Part shown: positions 7,501 to 16,664 of the stretch, in pieces | Layout: each line of letters begins with the position of its first letter | How positions within the stretch are numbered: the stretch's first letter is position 1 | Virus record (IMG/VR): IMGVR_UViG_3300035670_001110 | Location: 1 to 26,327 of that record | Reading direction: 5' to 3' (one strand) | DNA length: 26,327 nucleotides | Source: a virus | Taxonomy: Duplodnaviria > Caudoviricetes | Program-made: the position numbers and the translations under genes | The notes under the pieces: generated by a model | Databases searched by the model: none | Seen by the model: the letters and a program-made list of their open reading frames with translations, nothing else | What the model was told of the DNA's origin: nothing

Positions 7501-7949
7501 ACGTTGTTCACGTCCAGGTTGAGATCCCGGTAGCTGCTGACCACCAGCTGAGCGATGCGCTCCTGGCCGAGTTGCTCGGTGATGAAGGCGTAGTCCTGGG
7601 GGTTCAGGCGCCGGTTGGAGATGGTCAGCAGCTGGGCGAGCTTGGCGTAGTCCTCAGCGGTCTCGATGTCGTAATTGGCCAGCAGCTGCTTGAAGTTGAT
7701 CGGCTGGTCGCCACCGATGTCGACGCGGGGCGTTGTCTCCAGCGCCCGCTCGATGTAGGCATTGAACTGGTCGTTGTCGAGCAGTTCTGTCTGGCGGCGC
7801 AGCTCACCCTCGAGCGCGTTGTCGGGAACGGTGGCTTCGCCGTCGACCGTGTAACCGCTGACCTTGATGCGGTTGAGGCGTTCCTCGATCTGGCGCTTCT
7901 GCTGCTGCAGGCGCTGGATCTCTTGAAAGGCGTCTTCGCAGTTGGACAT
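4551..7949 (-). CDS. Large internal virion (ejection) protein, T7 gp16-like position (1132 aa)
   Basis: Long, probably helical protein directly upstream of the tail fibre, with hydrophobic segments. Assignment is mainly by synteny. Confidence 0.75.
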   Translation of the reverse strand: MSNCEDAFQEIQRLQQQKRQIEERLNRIKVSGYTVDGEATVPDNALEGELRRQTELLDNDQFNAYIERALETTPRVDIGGDQPINFKQLLANYDIETAEDYAKLAQLLTISNRRLNPQDYAFITEQLGQERIAQLVVSSYRDLNLDVNNVMALMANDAAAFNAIPERMIRLRVAKEGYRDAYLDKLDEISTAIRASDVPADLKGSAFKAWKLALVSERHYSLAGRRTGQALYARRGAVDSPGAMDTELADQLADGRLFEPDAPEVQGALTMTPEELMRDDHFARVVDAVDDAKVNPERAAETIEQLKLITQLDGVDPKSRLGDKQWFNLLMKRGNALAKDSQLLNAMTQFKTNAGSNIGMLFLGPYRQAYENIGLLTPAGTKLTREQWDATKEGFGVAWNSVKFGLDMTRASARELFTSAFKEGVAPFGGNADTYGRQISTNQQLKAELQQMLDMPFRTGRDSGIWSIPENVGVFRNKMHAAWRLWAESMGAKVLTPGFRMMAGVDNTAGYFFHLFKIKNDLEIRARRDGAQLGLFDQRSRDEWVQSELDKAFYQLEPSEENIKSFRRENALGADMTDQEIAERILNEKVGETYGYPTFDTPDSLAAEGFSQEMRMQNRPEEGTITGGVFNAMQGARKHWFFDLAFPYVQSPFMGTLLDFRLASDWLTVPVQAAFGKSATPEQAARAKAAWAVSAQLLGLFVTLDAMGLIIGNGPIDLREREEWRIGLQAQGKAPNTIAGIPFLGGIPVLNTLFLWKDIKETFVTGAYSKYDQYNALGGLMQVLTGHLMRQTALGQVNQLMELFLEPNRSPARLLGYLGSGQIPNIGLIRDAERFSGMQSRNLFSSTAPSTSQNFQGADDSPLEKIERQLRELAYGTLGLTGLIGGAYKERDWLGSKIKLAWGQQLADALKDRFFPQVWPEADEKLYAELDAQNQLNPPSALMSGVLEGVAMGDDLKKEYNDTYATIQGEMSPTARLAISGKVPSVSFQLAFPVDTPTGITIPNNKTVSFPVVQFVEPHVKGRTVQEALRSLINSPVYQAMQDDPSTTSDLKARDMPAAERRRKAAQVLINATKEYYHLITRDQINISNTPAAQEWRERRDIMRTNNLERNTDGGLRGFAEALNGATMTTAP

Positions 7950-7951
7950 GA

Positions 7952-10900
7952 TCAGCAGCCCTCCATGGCAGCGCGTTGTTTGACCGCCTCAATGCGGGCG
8001 TTCAGATCAGCGACCCGAGCTTCAGCTAGCTGAGTGCTCTCCGCTAGGGCGCGGGCCGGCTGGCCGTTCAGCAGCTCTTTGGTGGCCGCTCGTGACAGCC
8101 CTTTGGGCAGGCCGGTGCGTGGGTCTGGGTCGCCAATCGCATCGGCCAGCTCGTCGACCAGAGAGCCCTGGCTGACTGCGGGCATCTGCATCGCGGAGCC
8201 GCCCTTGCCGGGAATTTGCTCGTTCCAGGCCGACTGGGTTCTCCAGCGCCCGCTGATGGGGTCCATCATTTCGAACCCGCTGCCAGCGGCAATGCCGCCA
8301 GTCGCGTCTTCAAAGCCGATGACGTCGGCTAGAGCTCCTTGCCTTGCTCGCTCAAAAATGGCTCGCGTCGAATCAAACGTGCCTTTTGAAGCAAGGTTAT
8401 AAAGCTTCTCGAAAACATCAAGAATCCGGTCGAAAGCCGAGATGACATAGCTGACGTTCTTTTGCGTTTTGCTTGTGTCGAACTCGTAGGCGCCGAGCAT
8501 TGCCCGAATTGGATCTTGCCCGTTTCGCTTGGCCCCTGCATAGCGCATGAACGCGACGGCCTGAGATTCAGCGTATGCGATTGGCGTCTTGCCCATGTGG
8601 TTTGAGCCAATGCCGACCTTGATGCGGGCCCAGCTGCTGTTCAGAACAGCGACCTCCTTAGGGCCAAGCGACAGGTACTGGATCCTGTGAAACGCCTCGT
8701 GGTACGCCGTCCGGGCAAGGGCTTCGTCGTCCTCCCGCAGCACGGCGTTGATCTGGATGAGGTCGTCCCTCATGCGGTAGAAGCCGCCGATGAGACTGGT
8801 CTTCTTGCCGTCGCCGCCCCATTCCGCGCTGGTGGTTTTGCGGGTCCAGTCGTCCTGGAAGCGGATTGCCACCTCGTCGCCGGCTACTTCTCGAATGATT
8901 TGCGTGAGCTCCTGCTGCCGCCGGGCTCGCATCTCTGGGTTGCTTTCAAAGGGCGTGTTGTCGAACTCATCCCAGCCGGCGGGGACAAACCGGCGGGCCG
9001 GAGATTGCAGCTCTTCCGCGCCGGCAAAGCGCTGCTCCGGCACCTGCAGGCTCATCGCCCTCTGCGGTGCAGCGGCTGAGCCGGTCTGCTCCGTGACGAC
9101 GCCCTTGATCGCATCACGGACCTTGGCGCCGTGCGTGCGGATTGCGGTGAGGTTGTAGCCGGCCTCCTCCAGCGCCTGGATTAGGCGTGATTCGCCCTTC
9201 GACTTCTTGGCCTCGTCGCGCAGCATGTAAGCGGCGCGGTCTAGGTCGGAGGCGAACTCCACCTTCGCCATGCCGTAGCGCGGCGCTGACTTCGAGAGAT
9301 CTGCCGGGAAGGTGAACGGCTCAGGCGGTGCCAGGTCTTGGCCGGTGAGCTCTTGCAGCTGCTTGCGCTGCTTGGCGGCGAGGTCACGCAGCTGCTGCGC
9401 AAACTCGGCATCGCGGGCCTCGGCGGCCGGCAGGCGGGACTGCTCGATCTGGCGGATGCTGCGTTCGAGCCGGTCGATCTCCTCGGCGCGGCGCTTGGCG
9501 GCGGCGGTTCCTGGCGGCGGTTCCTGGAAGTCGCTCACCACACCCGCGGCCTTCTTCTCATCGAAGGTCTTGAGGTCGTAGCCCTCAGCGTCACGCGCGG
9601 CCTTCTCCGCCTCTTGGGCGACGGCGTCATCCAGCTGGCGGTAGGCATCGCGGAGCTCCAGCTCGTCCGCCATGGCCTGCACCACGTCGTCGGTGATGGT
9701 GTTCTCGGCCAGATCGCGCTGGACCTTCATCAGGTCGACACCCGAATCCATCGGCAGATCGGGGATCGGCGTTTCAGGCGGCCGCACCTCGCCGTTCTGG
9801 ATGGCGCGCTGAATGGCCAGCATCTCCATCGCCTGGCGGTCATCGGGCAGCAGCTCGTCGAGCTTCTGCGGCGCCTGGGCCAGCAGGTCTTCCTGGACCA
9901 CGTCGGCCCGGGTGATGGCCTGCTCGCCCATCAGATCAGCGAGCTGACCCACCAAGCGGTTCTTGATCTGCTTGGCGATCGCGCCCTTGTTCTCGCCGGC
10001 TGCGACGCGGTTGCCGCCCTCGTTGAGCAGATCGCGGATCGGGCCGGTCTCCATCCAGGTGCGCTGGAAGTAGTCGATGGCGCGGGCGTTGGCCTCGGCC
10101 ACCTGCTGCGCGCTGGCCTTGTCGATCCGGCTGCCCTTGGCCTCCAGCGCCGCCGAGTTGGCGTCCGCCATGGAGAACAGCCGCTTCTCCCGCTTCAGCA
10201 GGGTGGCCACCTCGTCGGCGAGGTCGGCGACCGCCACCATCTGCTTGTTGAAGGTCTGATCCCAATCGGTGCCGGCCAGCAGATCGGTCTGCTCGCCCGT
10301 CGCCTGGGCCTCGCCGGTCATCTGCTTGCTCAGCTCGAGCATCCCCTTCAGGCGACCCTCGGTGGTGCCGGGGTTCTCGACCAGATAGCGGTAGGCGCCG
10401 CGCATCGAGGCTTCATCAGCCCCGCTGCCGCCAATCAGCCGGCCCTGGCGCTCCTTGATCTGGCCGCTCTCGACCGCGCGCAGGATGTCCTCCGGCAGAC
10501 GGCTGAGCTGGAAGCCGGACAGGCCGTTGCCGGAATCGGGCGCCAGCGGCACTTGAAGCGCTTTCAGTTGCGCCGTATCGGTGATGCCGGCGCCTTTGAA
10601 AAACCAGGCTGCATCGATTGGCCGGCCGCCGCCGGTGGCGATGTTGCTCAGGGCCCCAACTGTTTTCGCCTGCTCGGGCGACTCAGCAAAGATCTCCTTG
10701 ATCGGCAGGGTCGGGATGTTCTTCGCCTGGGCCAGGGCAAAGCGGTTGTGGCCGTTCACCACATAGAACTCGCCGTCGGCCGGGTCTTGCCACACCTCGA
10801 CCGGCTGCTCCATGTCGGTGTTCCAGCGGTCGACGCCCTCGAGGGAGGAGCCGCGCTGCACGCCGCGAGCGTCAGTGCCTTGCTTGAACTGGAAGCGAGC

Positions 10901-12544
10901 CGGGTCGATCTTGAGATCGCCCGTCTTCATCATTTGCTGGCCGGGCACCAGGCGACTGGGGATGACGATCGAGCCGTCGTCAGCGGCTGCCTGCAGCGTT
11001 TGCACCGCATCGGCCGGGGTGAGCTCCTCCCATTCCTTGCCGGTCAGCGCTTGAGCCCTTGCTGCCAGGTCAGGGTTCACCTCGGGGTGGAGGACGCTGA
11101 CCAGCTGCTGGGGGTCGCGCTTGCCCAGCTGTTGCCATTGCTGCACAAACGGGGTGATCGGATCAGCGAGGCTGTCGCTCGGTGCCGTGTTCAGCTCAGT
11201 GCTCAGCGCAGGGTCCGGCTCAAGCGGCTGGCGAGTGGCCATGCGCTGATCCAACTCCTGGAGCACGGGCCCGCCACTGCGCACGGTGTCGAGTAGCTCA
11301 GCGTCAGAGGCGTTCTTGATCTGACTGAGGGCGACGTCAGCCTCCGGCAGCTCGGGGTCGTAGTCGATCGCCCATGGATCGAGCCCTGGGTCAGCCGTTG
11401 GCAGCTCCCCTTCCATGACAGCGCCGCCTGGCTCCATCGCCTGGCTGGGAATGGCCGGCTCTGGCGCCGCAGCAGGCTCCGGCGTGCTGATGCCGTACTT
11501 CTCCTCCAGGGCGGCATTGGCCTCGCGCAGGCTTTGGCCCTGCACGGCCTCCGGGGTGAACGCTGTGGCGCCGGTATCGGGGTCGCTCTGGACCAGGCCA
11601 GCCCCCTCGAGCTCCGCCCGGGGCTGCTCAACGGTCTGCTGCACCACGCTGCGGGCTTTCCGCGCCCGGTTGATGCCCATGAAGGCGCCGCCCAAGCCAA
11701 CGCCGAACGCGACGTTGGGGATGAATGAGGCTGCGGCCGCATCGGGAAAAGCCATCCCGGGCTTAACCGGGTCGAGCTTGGTGCCAAGCACCGCATCGAC
11801 CAGGCCAACGGCGCTGCCGCCGGTAGCGGTGTAATCCAACGGCGCGGTGACGGCCTCGCCGACCGCAGCGTCGAATGCCAGGCGCGATGCTGCGCCCTGC
11901 CAGGACTTTGCCAGGGCTGGGTTCATGGCATTGGCCAGCGTCTGCGCAGCGGGGCCAGCGAAGCGGACGCCACTCAGCGCCTTCAAGCCAACGCCAACAC
12001 CAACGCCGCCGGCAACGCCAAGAGTCAGCGCGCTGCGCAGGTCATCGACGCCCTTCTCCTCGGGCGTCATCTGCGATGGAGGCGTTACCCCTGCCGAGCG
12101 GTAGACGTGATCGACAACCCGGTCGACGGCGCGGCCGGTAGGGCTGGTGCTGTAGTCGGTCTGCTTTCGGCCGCCGGCCCGCTGCTTCCATTCGATGCCA
12201 GCGCGAACGGCATTGGCGGTCGCCGCCGTGGCGCCAAGGCTGCCCTGCCTGAAGGCGATGCCAGCCGGCGTGCTGCGCATGGTCGTGCTCGCCGCCCGCT
12301 CAACGCTGCGCAGCGGGTCTGTCGCCAGCTGGTTGAGCTCGTAGCGGAGGTCGTTGCCGAGCTTGCTCAGTGAGAAGCCGCCGGGCCCGACGCCCCAGAA
12401 GTTGTTGGCCTTGGGCTTGGGTTTCGGCTTGGGCTTGGCGCGAGGGGCCGGGGGACGCTCGGGGACAACAGGCTGGCCAAAGCCCAGCGAGCCCTTGGCA
12501 ACAACTTTCCCGGTGCGGGGATCGGTGACGTACTCGATAGGCAT
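7952..12544 (-). CDS. Large internal virion protein (1530 aa) with ParB-like domain and HExxH metallopeptidase-like domain
   Basis: Lies within the ejection protein cluster; motifs VWQDPADGEFYVVNGHNRF (ParB/Srx fold) and TAYHEAFHRIQ...YAESQA (zincin). Confidence 0.75.
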   Translation of the reverse strand: MPIEYVTDPRTGKVVAKGSLGFGQPVVPERPPAPRAKPKPKPKPKANNFWGVGPGGFSLSKLGNDLRYELNQLATDPLRSVERAASTTMRSTPAGIAFRQGSLGATAATANAVRAGIEWKQRAGGRKQTDYSTSPTGRAVDRVVDHVYRSAGVTPPSQMTPEEKGVDDLRSALTLGVAGGVGVGVGLKALSGVRFAGPAAQTLANAMNPALAKSWQGAASRLAFDAAVGEAVTAPLDYTATGGSAVGLVDAVLGTKLDPVKPGMAFPDAAAASFIPNVAFGVGLGGAFMGINRARKARSVVQQTVEQPRAELEGAGLVQSDPDTGATAFTPEAVQGQSLREANAALEEKYGISTPEPAAAPEPAIPSQAMEPGGAVMEGELPTADPGLDPWAIDYDPELPEADVALSQIKNASDAELLDTVRSGGPVLQELDQRMATRQPLEPDPALSTELNTAPSDSLADPITPFVQQWQQLGKRDPQQLVSVLHPEVNPDLAARAQALTGKEWEELTPADAVQTLQAAADDGSIVIPSRLVPGQQMMKTGDLKIDPARFQFKQGTDARGVQRGSSLEGVDRWNTDMEQPVEVWQDPADGEFYVVNGHNRFALAQAKNIPTLPIKEIFAESPEQAKTVGALSNIATGGGRPIDAAWFFKGAGITDTAQLKALQVPLAPDSGNGLSGFQLSRLPEDILRAVESGQIKERQGRLIGGSGADEASMRGAYRYLVENPGTTEGRLKGMLELSKQMTGEAQATGEQTDLLAGTDWDQTFNKQMVAVADLADEVATLLKREKRLFSMADANSAALEAKGSRIDKASAQQVAEANARAIDYFQRTWMETGPIRDLLNEGGNRVAAGENKGAIAKQIKNRLVGQLADLMGEQAITRADVVQEDLLAQAPQKLDELLPDDRQAMEMLAIQRAIQNGEVRPPETPIPDLPMDSGVDLMKVQRDLAENTITDDVVQAMADELELRDAYRQLDDAVAQEAEKAARDAEGYDLKTFDEKKAAGVVSDFQEPPPGTAAAKRRAEEIDRLERSIRQIEQSRLPAAEARDAEFAQQLRDLAAKQRKQLQELTGQDLAPPEPFTFPADLSKSAPRYGMAKVEFASDLDRAAYMLRDEAKKSKGESRLIQALEEAGYNLTAIRTHGAKVRDAIKGVVTEQTGSAAAPQRAMSLQVPEQRFAGAEELQSPARRFVPAGWDEFDNTPFESNPEMRARRQQELTQIIREVAGDEVAIRFQDDWTRKTTSAEWGGDGKKTSLIGGFYRMRDDLIQINAVLREDDEALARTAYHEAFHRIQYLSLGPKEVAVLNSSWARIKVGIGSNHMGKTPIAYAESQAVAFMRYAGAKRNGQDPIRAMLGAYEFDTSKTQKNVSYVISAFDRILDVFEKLYNLASKGTFDSTRAIFERARQGALADVIGFEDATGGIAAGSGFEMMDPISGRWRTQSAWNEQIPGKGGSAMQMPAVSQGSLVDELADAIGDPDPRTGLPKGLSRAATKELLNGQPARALAESTQLAEARVADLNARIEAVKQRAAMEGC

Positions 12545-15321
12545 CAGCCTTTACCTCCAGTGGTGGCCTGTCTGATTTGGTCCCTTACTTGGTCGTAAAG
12601 GGAACCGAAAATGCGCCTGCCTTCCGCGGCGCTGATCACCTGGCCACGCGTGTACCGGAAAACCCCCTCGTATTGGCCTGGCGCCTTCGCAATGTCGACA
12701 ATCGGTTTATTGCCGGCAACGGCAGATCTGTTGATGAGGTTCGCCGCGACCTCAAGTTTTCCCCGCATGGTCGGGCCTGCTTCGGTCAACGCGGTAAAGA
12801 CAAGGGCATTGACGTCCTGTTCTGTCAGGCGCTGGGCTCGCTTAATTGCCAGCGGCACAACGGAAGGGTTGAAGTCAAAGAACCAGTTCTCCCTTGGATG
12901 ACTTTGGTAGTCGCCGGGGCGCTTGTTCTTGATCAGCGAGATGCCACGGAACGAATTAGCGCCGCGCAGATCCTTGATAACGCCAAGCAAGTTTGTCGAG
13001 CCCGATGTTGTTGCCATGGCCTGGCCTCTTGCGGAGAAGTTCTGCATTGAGCCCGCGTAAGCAGGAGCCGTGCCGGTGATGGCATCCAGGGCCCACATGC
13101 CGGCAGCTGCCAGGGGTGATTGCGAGCTGCGCTGCGCGGCGGCCACCTGCTGCGAGTAGCTCTGTGTCGCCCGCGCCTGCTGGCCACTTCTCCCGAGTTG
13201 CGAGCGCTGAGCCGGCGTCAGCTTGATGTCGTTTGGATAGAAGTCCGCCTGCTGGAGCAAGAACTGCTGCGGGCTGGTGCCGGCTGCCTTGGCCGCGCGG
13301 TTCAGCGGGGCCGGCAGCGACTGGCCGCCCAGGGCTAGCGGGATCAGGCGCGCGGTTTCGGATGCGCTGAGCACGGCCTCACCGCGCCAGTTCTGCAGCC
13401 GCTGCTCGCGGTTGGGGATGGCGTCCAACTGAGCAACGCCAAAGGTGGGCGCCCCCTGCGCGCGGCGGCCCGGCGGCGGCTTGGGCGGCTCAGGGCGATC
13501 GGCGCCAGGGCGGGTGGTCCCAAATGGAACCGTGCTTGGCTGGCCATTGGTGCCGGGGAAGAGTGTCTTCCAGGTAGCCGGTGCGTTCTTTTGGAACCCG
13601 GTCAAGGTGGAATCGATCACCTGCTGCTGTTCGGCCGGAGTGAGGTCGCGGTCGAGCTCGGCGCGCTTGGCATCAATGGCCCGGTAGATCGAGGTGCGGA
13701 AGGCGGCGTTCTGGCGGGCTGCGGACGCGGCGGCGTTGGCGTCGCCGGTGGCCATCAGCTCTTCAATGTTGCGCGCCCCGCGGACGGCCGCAGTGACCGT
13801 GTCGGGGTAGTTGGCCTCCAGGTTTGCCTTCACCTGGCGCGCAATGGCGCCGCTGATGAGGCTGTCCGGCATGTTCTGCTTCTGCGTTTCCTTGCGGCGG
13901 CGCACCTCGGCGTACTGAGCCGAGAACTGAGCGCGCTTCTCGGGTGCAACTTGCTGCAGCTCCAGCTGGAACAGGCGGTCGAATTGGGCGGGGTCCCAGT
14001 CGCTGCCATAGGCCGCATCGGCCTCTTGCAGAAACACGGCGCCGGCATCGTCTGCGAAGCCGCGGCTGGTGATGTCTTCGGTGACGTTGGTGGTGCTCTG
14101 CTCGATCTTGAGCATTTCCGACAGCGGCAGCTGCCCCTGGTACTGGCCCCTGATCTGCTCAAGCCGAGCGGCCTTCTCTGGGCCATCCGGCAGGCCAAGG
14201 GTGGCGCCGGCGACCTCGTCGGCGTATCGCTGGTCAACGGCTTCTTGCTGCGCCTTGCGGGCGCGGTAGTTCATCTGGTCCGTCCTGTCAGTCGCCTCGA
14301 GGATCTCCAGCGCGTACATCTGCTGGGCCGTAGGCCGGTAGCCGTTGGAGTCCGGCGGGCCAACCAAAATCGAGCCGATGACGGCCCGCGCCTCCCGATC
14401 GATCACGCCGGTCTGCGGATCCATCGCCATGGAAATCGCGTTTTTGATCGCCGTCTCCTTCATCTCCTGGCCCTTGCCAGGGATGCCGAAACGCCGCGCC
14501 TCCTGATCGAGGTAACTGGTTTCGTTGGCGACGATCTGGGCCAGCGGCACGCCGTCCGCCATGGCCTTCTTCACCCGGCCGTAGATGGTGGCCGCTGCGA
14601 TCCGCGGCACCGTCTCGTCCAGGTATTTGTTGTGGTCGTCGATCTGGTCCTGAGTGATCTTGTCCCACTCGCTGTTCATCCGCGGCAGGACGTAGTCCAT
14701 GAAGCCGGGGGTGAACTCGCTCAGGCCGAACTTCTGGCTGACCTGGGCGATGGCGGCAGCCTTGACCGCATTGACCTTCGGGTCGGCGGGATCCAGTAGC
14801 GCCAGATCAGCGCGGCGCTGGTTGAACTCCCGCCGCATGATCATCGGCATCTCAACCGACGCCAACTTGCTCAGCTGGTTCTGGCGGCCGGCCGTGCGGA
14901 ACGGGTTGGCCCGATCCATCAGCAGGCCAGCGACGGGATCCTGCCGGGCCACGTCGCGGTTCTCGGCCGCGTATTCGTCCGCCGACACCATCAACTGGCG
15001 GTTGGCGATCGTGTAGGCCTTCAGCGCTTCGTTCTGGCCCTGCTGGTACTCATTTGAGGCGTACAGCTGGACGCCATAGTTCATCAGCTTGGTGAGGTTC
15101 TGGCTGAATGGAGCCAGGGCCCGGGCCAGCTGCTCGCCCTGGTCGTAACCCTGCACGTTCGGCGCGGCAGCGGTCTGCACCAGGCCGATCCGATCGCTGG
15201 AAAGGTTGATCTGCTGGGGCTGCGCAGGGCGGGCTGTTTCGATCAACCCCGGCTGCACAAAGCTCGATACCGGGCGGGCCGCCGGCTGGATCTGCCCAAG
15301 AGGTAGTTGTTCGCGTGCCAT
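12544..15321 (-). CDS. Internal virion protein, gp15-like (925 aa), with C-terminal SleB/CwlJ-like cell wall hydrolase domain
   Basis: N-terminal IQPAARPVSSFVQP and QLARALAPFS resemble podovirus core proteins; C-terminus has ALTEAG...GKLEVAANLINR...DIAKAPGQYEG. Confidence 0.75.
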   Translation of the reverse strand: MAREQLPLGQIQPAARPVSSFVQPGLIETARPAQPQQINLSSDRIGLVQTAAAPNVQGYDQGEQLARALAPFSQNLTKLMNYGVQLYASNEYQQGQNEALKAYTIANRQLMVSADEYAAENRDVARQDPVAGLLMDRANPFRTAGRQNQLSKLASVEMPMIMRREFNQRRADLALLDPADPKVNAVKAAAIAQVSQKFGLSEFTPGFMDYVLPRMNSEWDKITQDQIDDHNKYLDETVPRIAAATIYGRVKKAMADGVPLAQIVANETSYLDQEARRFGIPGKGQEMKETAIKNAISMAMDPQTGVIDREARAVIGSILVGPPDSNGYRPTAQQMYALEILEATDRTDQMNYRARKAQQEAVDQRYADEVAGATLGLPDGPEKAARLEQIRGQYQGQLPLSEMLKIEQSTTNVTEDITSRGFADDAGAVFLQEADAAYGSDWDPAQFDRLFQLELQQVAPEKRAQFSAQYAEVRRRKETQKQNMPDSLISGAIARQVKANLEANYPDTVTAAVRGARNIEELMATGDANAAASAARQNAAFRTSIYRAIDAKRAELDRDLTPAEQQQVIDSTLTGFQKNAPATWKTLFPGTNGQPSTVPFGTTRPGADRPEPPKPPPGRRAQGAPTFGVAQLDAIPNREQRLQNWRGEAVLSASETARLIPLALGGQSLPAPLNRAAKAAGTSPQQFLLQQADFYPNDIKLTPAQRSQLGRSGQQARATQSYSQQVAAAQRSSQSPLAAAGMWALDAITGTAPAYAGSMQNFSARGQAMATTSGSTNLLGVIKDLRGANSFRGISLIKNKRPGDYQSHPRENWFFDFNPSVVPLAIKRAQRLTEQDVNALVFTALTEAGPTMRGKLEVAANLINRSAVAGNKPIVDIAKAPGQYEGVFRYTRGQVISAAEGRRIFGSLYDQVRDQIRQATTGGKG

Positions 15322-15327
15322 TGCTGA

Positions 15328-16206
15328 TTAGCCCCCGTATTGGCGGATGCCGTCGGTCAAGTTGCCGACCGCCGCGGCGCCGGCTTTGCCGCTTGATGTG
15401 AACTGCTGCAGGCCCTGCCAGACGCTCAGGCCGGTGTTGATGCCGCCCAGCACCGCGTTGCCCATGGTCAAGTTGGCGGCCGCCTGGCTCGGCCCTGCAC
15501 CCGTCATCGACGGCGGCTGCGGCATCACCAGCGTCGGCAACGGCGCAAAAGGCCGCACCGGGTCTTGATACGGGGCAGGGTCATAGAACTGCTGGCTGTT
15601 GTATCGGCTGACGTAGTTCGCCACGAGGCCGGCCTGCTCGCGCGTGTACTGGCGCTCCCGGAAGTTCTGATTGATCTGCTTCAGGGCCTCGAAGTCACCC
15701 AGCTGACGCGCGTAGTCGTTCACCAGCCGATCGACGCTGGCGCCCTCCTGGCCACTGGCCACCACCTGCGACTGCGCCTTCATCGCCTGGTGGGCGTATT
15801 GGTAGGCAGCCACGGCGTCTTGAGAGGCCTGCTCCCGGATGCCTTCGCTCAGCGCCTGGCTCTGCAGGCTGAAGTCCGCCATGGCAGAGGTGCGCGTGCG
15901 GCGCACAACATCAGCCTGCTTGTAGGCCTTGACCAGCTCGTAGTTCCGCAGCTGGTTGACGTAGCTGAGGTTCTGGTTGTAGTTGACCGTCTCGGCCCAG
16001 TAGCGGTACTTGCTCTGGGTGTTGGCGATGCGGGCGTTGATCTTGGAGGACCAGCGCGCGTACTTGTCGCTGACCTTCTGAAACCTCAGCGCGTCTTGGT
16101 ACTGCTGGCGAGCCGAAGCGTCCTGAGCGCTGGCGCCAAAAAGGCTCATCCCCATCTGGCCCAGCCCAAGGCCAAGGCCAATGGCGTCATCCCATCCAAA
16201 TGCCAT
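15328..16206 (-). CDS. Internal virion protein, gp14-like (292 aa)
   Basis: Start re-called at ATG 16206 (TGATG overlap with the upstream gene): MAFGWDDAIGLGLGLGQMGMSLFG hydrophobic N-terminus, Q/A-rich helix, GASVDRL motif. Confidence 0.8.
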   Translation of the reverse strand: MAFGWDDAIGLGLGLGQMGMSLFGASAQDASARQQYQDALRFQKVSDKYARWSSKINARIANTQSKYRYWAETVNYNQNLSYVNQLRNYELVKAYKQADVVRRTRTSAMADFSLQSQALSEGIREQASQDAVAAYQYAHQAMKAQSQVVASGQEGASVDRLVNDYARQLGDFEALKQINQNFRERQYTREQAGLVANYVSRYNSQQFYDPAPYQDPVRPFAPLPTLVMPQPPSMTGAGPSQAAANLTMGNAVLGGINTGLSVWQGLQQFTSSGKAGAAAVGNLTDGIRQYGG

Positions 16207-16664
16207 CAGTCCGCCTCCCTGCAGAAATAACGAAACAGCTGGGCGTAAGGCCCATGGGGCTGGGCCGGATGAACGGTGAAGCCCAGGAACCGCAGCCACG
16301 CCACTGACCGGGTGTTGGCCGCAAACACCCAGTTGTGAAGGAACCGCCAATCCGGCAGCAGTTCATCCACCCATTGCCGCCCCTTGCGGGCCAGCTGCAC
16401 CTGGTGACTGCGTGTGGCCACCAGCTCGTCGGTGCCGAGCATCCAGATCTCCCCGGCGCCGGAGTCCGGGCAGACGCCGCACAGCCCGATCAGATCGCCG
16501 TCGTCACCCAGGATCCCGTGGCGCTCTGAGCTGCCGTTCCAGCTCTGCCACACCGCCTCCCTGGCGCCCAGGCCGTGGCTGGCCCTCGCTTCGCGGCGGT
16601 CTTCCGCGCGCAGCAATTCGGCCAAGTGCTCGATGTCGTGCGTGGCGGGGTCGGTGAATCTCAT
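16206..16664 (-). CDS. T7 gp13-like protein (GNAT acetyltransferase fold, 152 aa)
   Basis: Start re-called at ATG 16664 (ATGA overlap with the tail B stop): LRAEDRRE...IWMLGT...LHNWVFAANTRSVAWLRFLGF. Confidence 0.85.
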   Translation of the reverse strand: MRFTDPATHDIEHLAELLRAEDRREARASHGLGAREAVWQSWNGSSERHGILGDDGDLIGLCGVCPDSGAGEIWMLGTDELVATRSHQVQLARKGRQWVDELLPDWRFLHNWVFAANTRSVAWLRFLGFTVHPAQPHGPYAQLFRYFCREAD

